A stretch of 64,000 bases of DNA from Escherichia phage 04086, in sequence record OR842557; one strand, written 5' to 3'. The notes under the pieces are model-generated. The model was not told where the DNA came from. It saw only the letters and a list, made by a program, of their open reading frames with translations, and did no database searches. The position numbers and the translations under genes were made by a program. This document shows, piece by piece, positions 61,428 through 64,000 of the stretch. Position 1 is the first letter of the stretch, and every line of letters begins with the position of its first letter.

Positions 61428-61478
61428 GTTTACATCTCCTGTAGACGTGGTACTATAGACCTATCAACTACAGGAGAT
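61428..61478 (+). promoter_or_regulatory. Early promoter stem-loop cassette, near-identical to 58812-58860
   Basis: agcagtttacatctcctgtagacgtggtactatagacctatcaactacaggagatta. Confidence 0.6.
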
Positions 61479-61484
61479 TACAAA

Positions 61485-61943
61485 ATGTCAGAAATTAATT
61501 CAGAAGTATTCATCCGCCGCAACAAATTACGTCGTCAGTTCGAAACCGAATTCCGCGAACTGAATGCGTCCATCAAAAAAGCCGCCATTAAGAGCGGAGT
61601 CCCAGCCTTCTTTATTAAGTACTCTAATCACTTGTTAGACCGTGCTATCCAACGTGAAATCGACGAAAAATACGTTTTTGCTTTATTCAAGCAACTCCAT
61701 AACCATGTTAAAGAAATTCATGAATTTTTAATCCAGGAACCTCTGCCTGATGTAGAATCCGAAATTGTCCCTGGTAAAGTGTATCGCCCATTGCGTCTCG
61801 AAATTACCGATAAAACCTTATGGTTGGGTATGACCGTAGACCGTAAACATCCTGATAAAGGATACTCGTTAAAATGTCGTATGGCATTTGTTAACTCTAA
61901 ACGTTTAGAAGGTAAAACCAGCACGAAAGTAATTTACTTGTGA
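61485..61943 (+). CDS. Hypothetical protein
   Basis: ORF track 61326 overlaps the promoter; ATG at 61485 (MSEINSEVF) after RBS caggagatta; 152 aa. Confidence 0.45.
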   Translation: MSEINSEVFIRRNKLRRQFETEFRELNASIKKAAIKSGVPAFFIKYSNHLLDRAIQREIDEKYVFALFKQLHNHVKEIHEFLIQEPLPDVESEIVPGKVYRPLRLEITDKTLWLGMTVDRKHPDKGYSLKCRMAFVNSKRLEGKTSTKVIYL

Positions 61944-61950
61944 GGACAGT

Positions 61951-62685
61951 ATGGAAACTATAAAATATCCATATGACTACTATAAAATAATAAATGACGC
62001 CTTATCTAGGGATACACCTAATGATGCCTATACAGAAAAGCACCATATAATACCGAGTTGCGTTGGTGGTCCTGACACTCAAGACAATTTAGTTGAGCTT
62101 TATGCTGACGAACATTATTTGGCCCATATGTATCTAGCCAAAGCTAATCCAAACCACTATGGGTTGAATTTTGCTTGGCTAAATATGAGCTCTACTTCAA
62201 ATTCAAAACAAAGGTCTTATTTTGTAGATTCTGAAAATTATAAGTTGGCTAAAGAATCATTTTCAAAATTGCAATCTATTAATAAAATTTTATTTTTCTC
62301 TAAAAAGGAAAATAGGGCTGCTCATTCAATGGCTTTAATAAAGTATTTTGAAAAGGAAGGCTCTAAAGAACGGCTCAAAGAAATTTTAAATTCGCCAAAA
62401 GTAAAAGCTAAAATGTCTGAAAAACGGGTTAAGTATTTTGAAAATCCTGAAAATAGACAAAAATTTAAAGCCATACAAAATTCTAAAGAAACTATAGAAA
62501 GGAAAAAAGCCTCTTTGCGGAAATCCCCTATATGGCATGAACCGATGTATTCACAATTATATAAATTATGGGTAGATAATAATAAACTCAAGTGTGGAAG
62601 ATTTAGTAAAATCGCAATTAAGAACGGCTTCCCTAATGTAGATTACCGAGGACTTATTGATTATGATTTTTCTAAAAAAACTTAA
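61951..62685 (+). CDS. HNH homing endonuclease (third copy, more divergent)
   Basis: Motif EKHHIIPSCVGGPDTQDNLVELYADEHYLAH; basic Lys-rich C-terminal half. Confidence 0.7.
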   Translation: METIKYPYDYYKIINDALSRDTPNDAYTEKHHIIPSCVGGPDTQDNLVELYADEHYLAHMYLAKANPNHYGLNFAWLNMSSTSNSKQRSYFVDSENYKLAKESFSKLQSINKILFFSKKENRAAHSMALIKYFEKEGSKERLKEILNSPKVKAKMSEKRVKYFENPENRQKFKAIQNSKETIERKKASLRKSPIWHEPMYSQLYKLWVDNNKLKCGRFSKIAIKNGFPNVDYRGLIDYDFSKKT

Positions 62686-63220
62686 ATATTCTTTAATAGT
62701 GGCTATTATGTGTGGTTCGTTTTCTGTAAGTGCAGCAGAACCCGTATTTACAGAAACCCAGCTTGATAATTTACATTATGCGTATGCTTTCGGTGAACAA
62801 TACCAAAAGTCGGGAAAGTTCAAAGAAACCCCTAATCAAAAAGGATTAGGATATATCATGGCCGGATTACTATGGCAGGAATCATCCGCCGGAATTAATC
62901 AAGGTTTAAATAAAGATAAGCACCATGCTTATGGCATGTTCCAAAATTACTTGCCTACGTTAAGAAGTCGTGTTCAACAGGTAGGTTGGAAGATGTCTGA
63001 TAAAGAAATAATTCGTATGGTCCAAAAACGACAGAACAGTGCCTCTTGGGCCTACATTGAGCTGTCTTATTGGATTGATGTTCACAAAGGTGACCTGAGA
63101 AAAGCGATTGCTTCTTATAATGCGGGCTGGAACGTCAAAGCAGGCAGTAAGTATGCTTCTGAAGTTCTAGAAAAGGCCAATTACCTAAAATCTAAAAAGA
63201 TGTTTGAGGCGGTATATTAA
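62663..63220 (+). CDS. Lytic transglycosylase (SLT domain) with N-terminal signal peptide
   Basis: Signal-like MIFLKKLKYSLIVAIMCGSFSVSA; SLT motifs LWQESSAG (catalytic Glu), YGMFQ, SYNAG; ORF track start 62657 is TTG. Confidence 0.75.
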   Translation: MIFLKKLKYSLIVAIMCGSFSVSAAEPVFTETQLDNLHYAYAFGEQYQKSGKFKETPNQKGLGYIMAGLLWQESSAGINQGLNKDKHHAYGMFQNYLPTLRSRVQQVGWKMSDKEIIRMVQKRQNSASWAYIELSYWIDVHKGDLRKAIASYNAGWNVKAGSKYASEVLEKANYLKSKKMFEAVY

Positions 63221-63577
63221 ATGATTAAGCAGATGACTATAGCGCTTATGTTGATTGCTCCGGGAGTATTAGCGTCACAAGTTGATGATAGTAATAATTC
63301 AATTGTCGAGTATGCTACCCGTACAGCAAAAGATTATTGTCATCCGAGTAATACTGAATGCATTATCGAATTCAGTTCAAAAATCACAGCTGCTTTTAAA
63401 GATGGCCAGAATGACGTAGAGCATCGCCGAATGAAAGAGAAAACTCTTTCTAAAAGATACGAGCAACGTCTAAACGTTACTGAATGTATTCCGTCTGATA
63501 AAAAGTACAAAGAAATGTGCGCGTCTATGGTAGACAGACTCGTTGACTCTTACAACCGAGGATTAAACTCTAAATGA
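63221..63577 (+). CDS. Small secreted / periplasmic Cys-containing protein
   Basis: Signal peptide MIKQMTIALMLIAPGVLAS; four Cys in mature part; coupled to the SLT gene. Confidence 0.5.
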   Translation: MIKQMTIALMLIAPGVLASQVDDSNNSIVEYATRTAKDYCHPSNTECIIEFSSKITAAFKDGQNDVEHRRMKEKTLSKRYEQRLNVTECIPSDKKYKEMCASMVDRLVDSYNRGLNSK

Positions 63578-64000
63578 TTATTGATTATATTAAGGGCGAT
63601 ATTGTCGCCCTGTTTCTTCAAGGTAATAATGTTGCGCACGGGTGCAACTGTTTCCACACAATGGGTTCAGGCGTAGCTGGACAATTAGCTAAGGCTTATC
63701 CGCCTATTCTCGCTATTGATAAAACCACTTATTTAGGCCATTTGGAAAAACTTGGCACGTTTACTCAAGCCACAGGTAATAAGGGCCAAATTTGCTATAA
63801 TTTATACACCCAATACGAACCGGGCCCTAATCTTGATTACGGTGCTTTAGTAAACTGTATGATAGAATTAAACCGTACCGCAAAGGGTCTTTTGTTTAAA
63901 CCAAGAATTTATATCCCTCGCATCGGTTGTGGTATTGCTAGTGGTGATTGGGACAAGGTTTATCAATTGATTAATTTGTTTACTCCTGATATTAATTTAG
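63574..64000 (+). CDS. Macro-domain protein (ADP-ribose binding / hydrolase family), C-terminus beyond window
   Basis: GDIVALFLQGNNVAHGCNCFHTMGSGVAGQLAKAYP parallels the macro motif GDIT..VNAAN..LGGGVAGAI; second motif IPRIGCGIASG; ATGA overlap with upstream stop. Confidence 0.7.
   Translation, partial: MIIDYIKGDIVALFLQGNNVAHGCNCFHTMGSGVAGQLAKAYPPILAIDKTTYLGHLEKLGTFTQATGNKGQICYNLYTQYEPGPNLDYGALVNCMIELNRTAKGLLFKPRIYIPRIGCGIASGDWDKVYQLINLFTPDINL

Noticed and set aside
46235-61478. Possibility that the repeated ~20-nt conserved elements form a CRISPR array
   Set aside because: Spacing is irregular (hundreds to thousands of bp), each copy has -35/-10 promoter architecture directly upstream of an ORF, and there are no regularly sized spacers or cas genes.

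Overview
This window is a T4-like (Tevenvirinae) myovirus genome segment, read mostly as the reverse of the T4 late-gene block. Minus strand, from the start: baseplate hub genes 29 (partial), 28, 27, 51, then 26, 25 and uvsY on plus; uvsW.1 and uvsW on minus; inh, hoc and rnlB on plus; then 24, a GIY-YIG homing endonuclease cassette (plus), major capsid 23, scaffold/protease/portal 22-21-68-67-20, tail tube and sheath 19-18, terminase 17-16, neck 15-14-13, fibritin wac, and baseplate 12 through 5 with PAAR gene 5.4 and gene 53. From about 42.1 kb everything is on the plus strand: 4, 2, an HNH endonuclease, 3, dNMP kinase (gene 1), 57A, 57B, an ipI-locus internal-protein gene, two tRNAs (CAU and Arg-UCU), a tRNA-linked candidate stable RNA region, a hyperplastic accessory region of small ORFs (49.2-57.1 kb), nudE, a second HNH endonuclease, lysozyme e, denV, two more internal-protein-like genes, and further accessory genes including a third HNH, a signal-peptide lytic transglycosylase and a macro-domain protein (partial at the window end). 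Capsid, lysozyme, denV, rnlB, uvsW and dNMP kinase match my recollection of T4 proteins closely; other calls rest on synteny and size. Regulation is T4-like: TATAAATA late promoters (several divergent pairs), MotA-box middle promoters, about ten early promoters embedded in stem-loops, and tetraloop intrinsic terminators. Seven N-bounded direct duplications interrupt genes 29, 27, inh, 18, 5, 57B and an IP-like gene; I treat them as assembly-join artifacts. The most interesting candidates are a five-gene tandem paralog array with a conserved C-terminal Cys motif, four capsid-targeting-sequence internal-protein genes, and a secreted lytic transglycosylase / periplasmic protein / macro-domain cluster. 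No CRISPR array, integrase or attachment site was seen.
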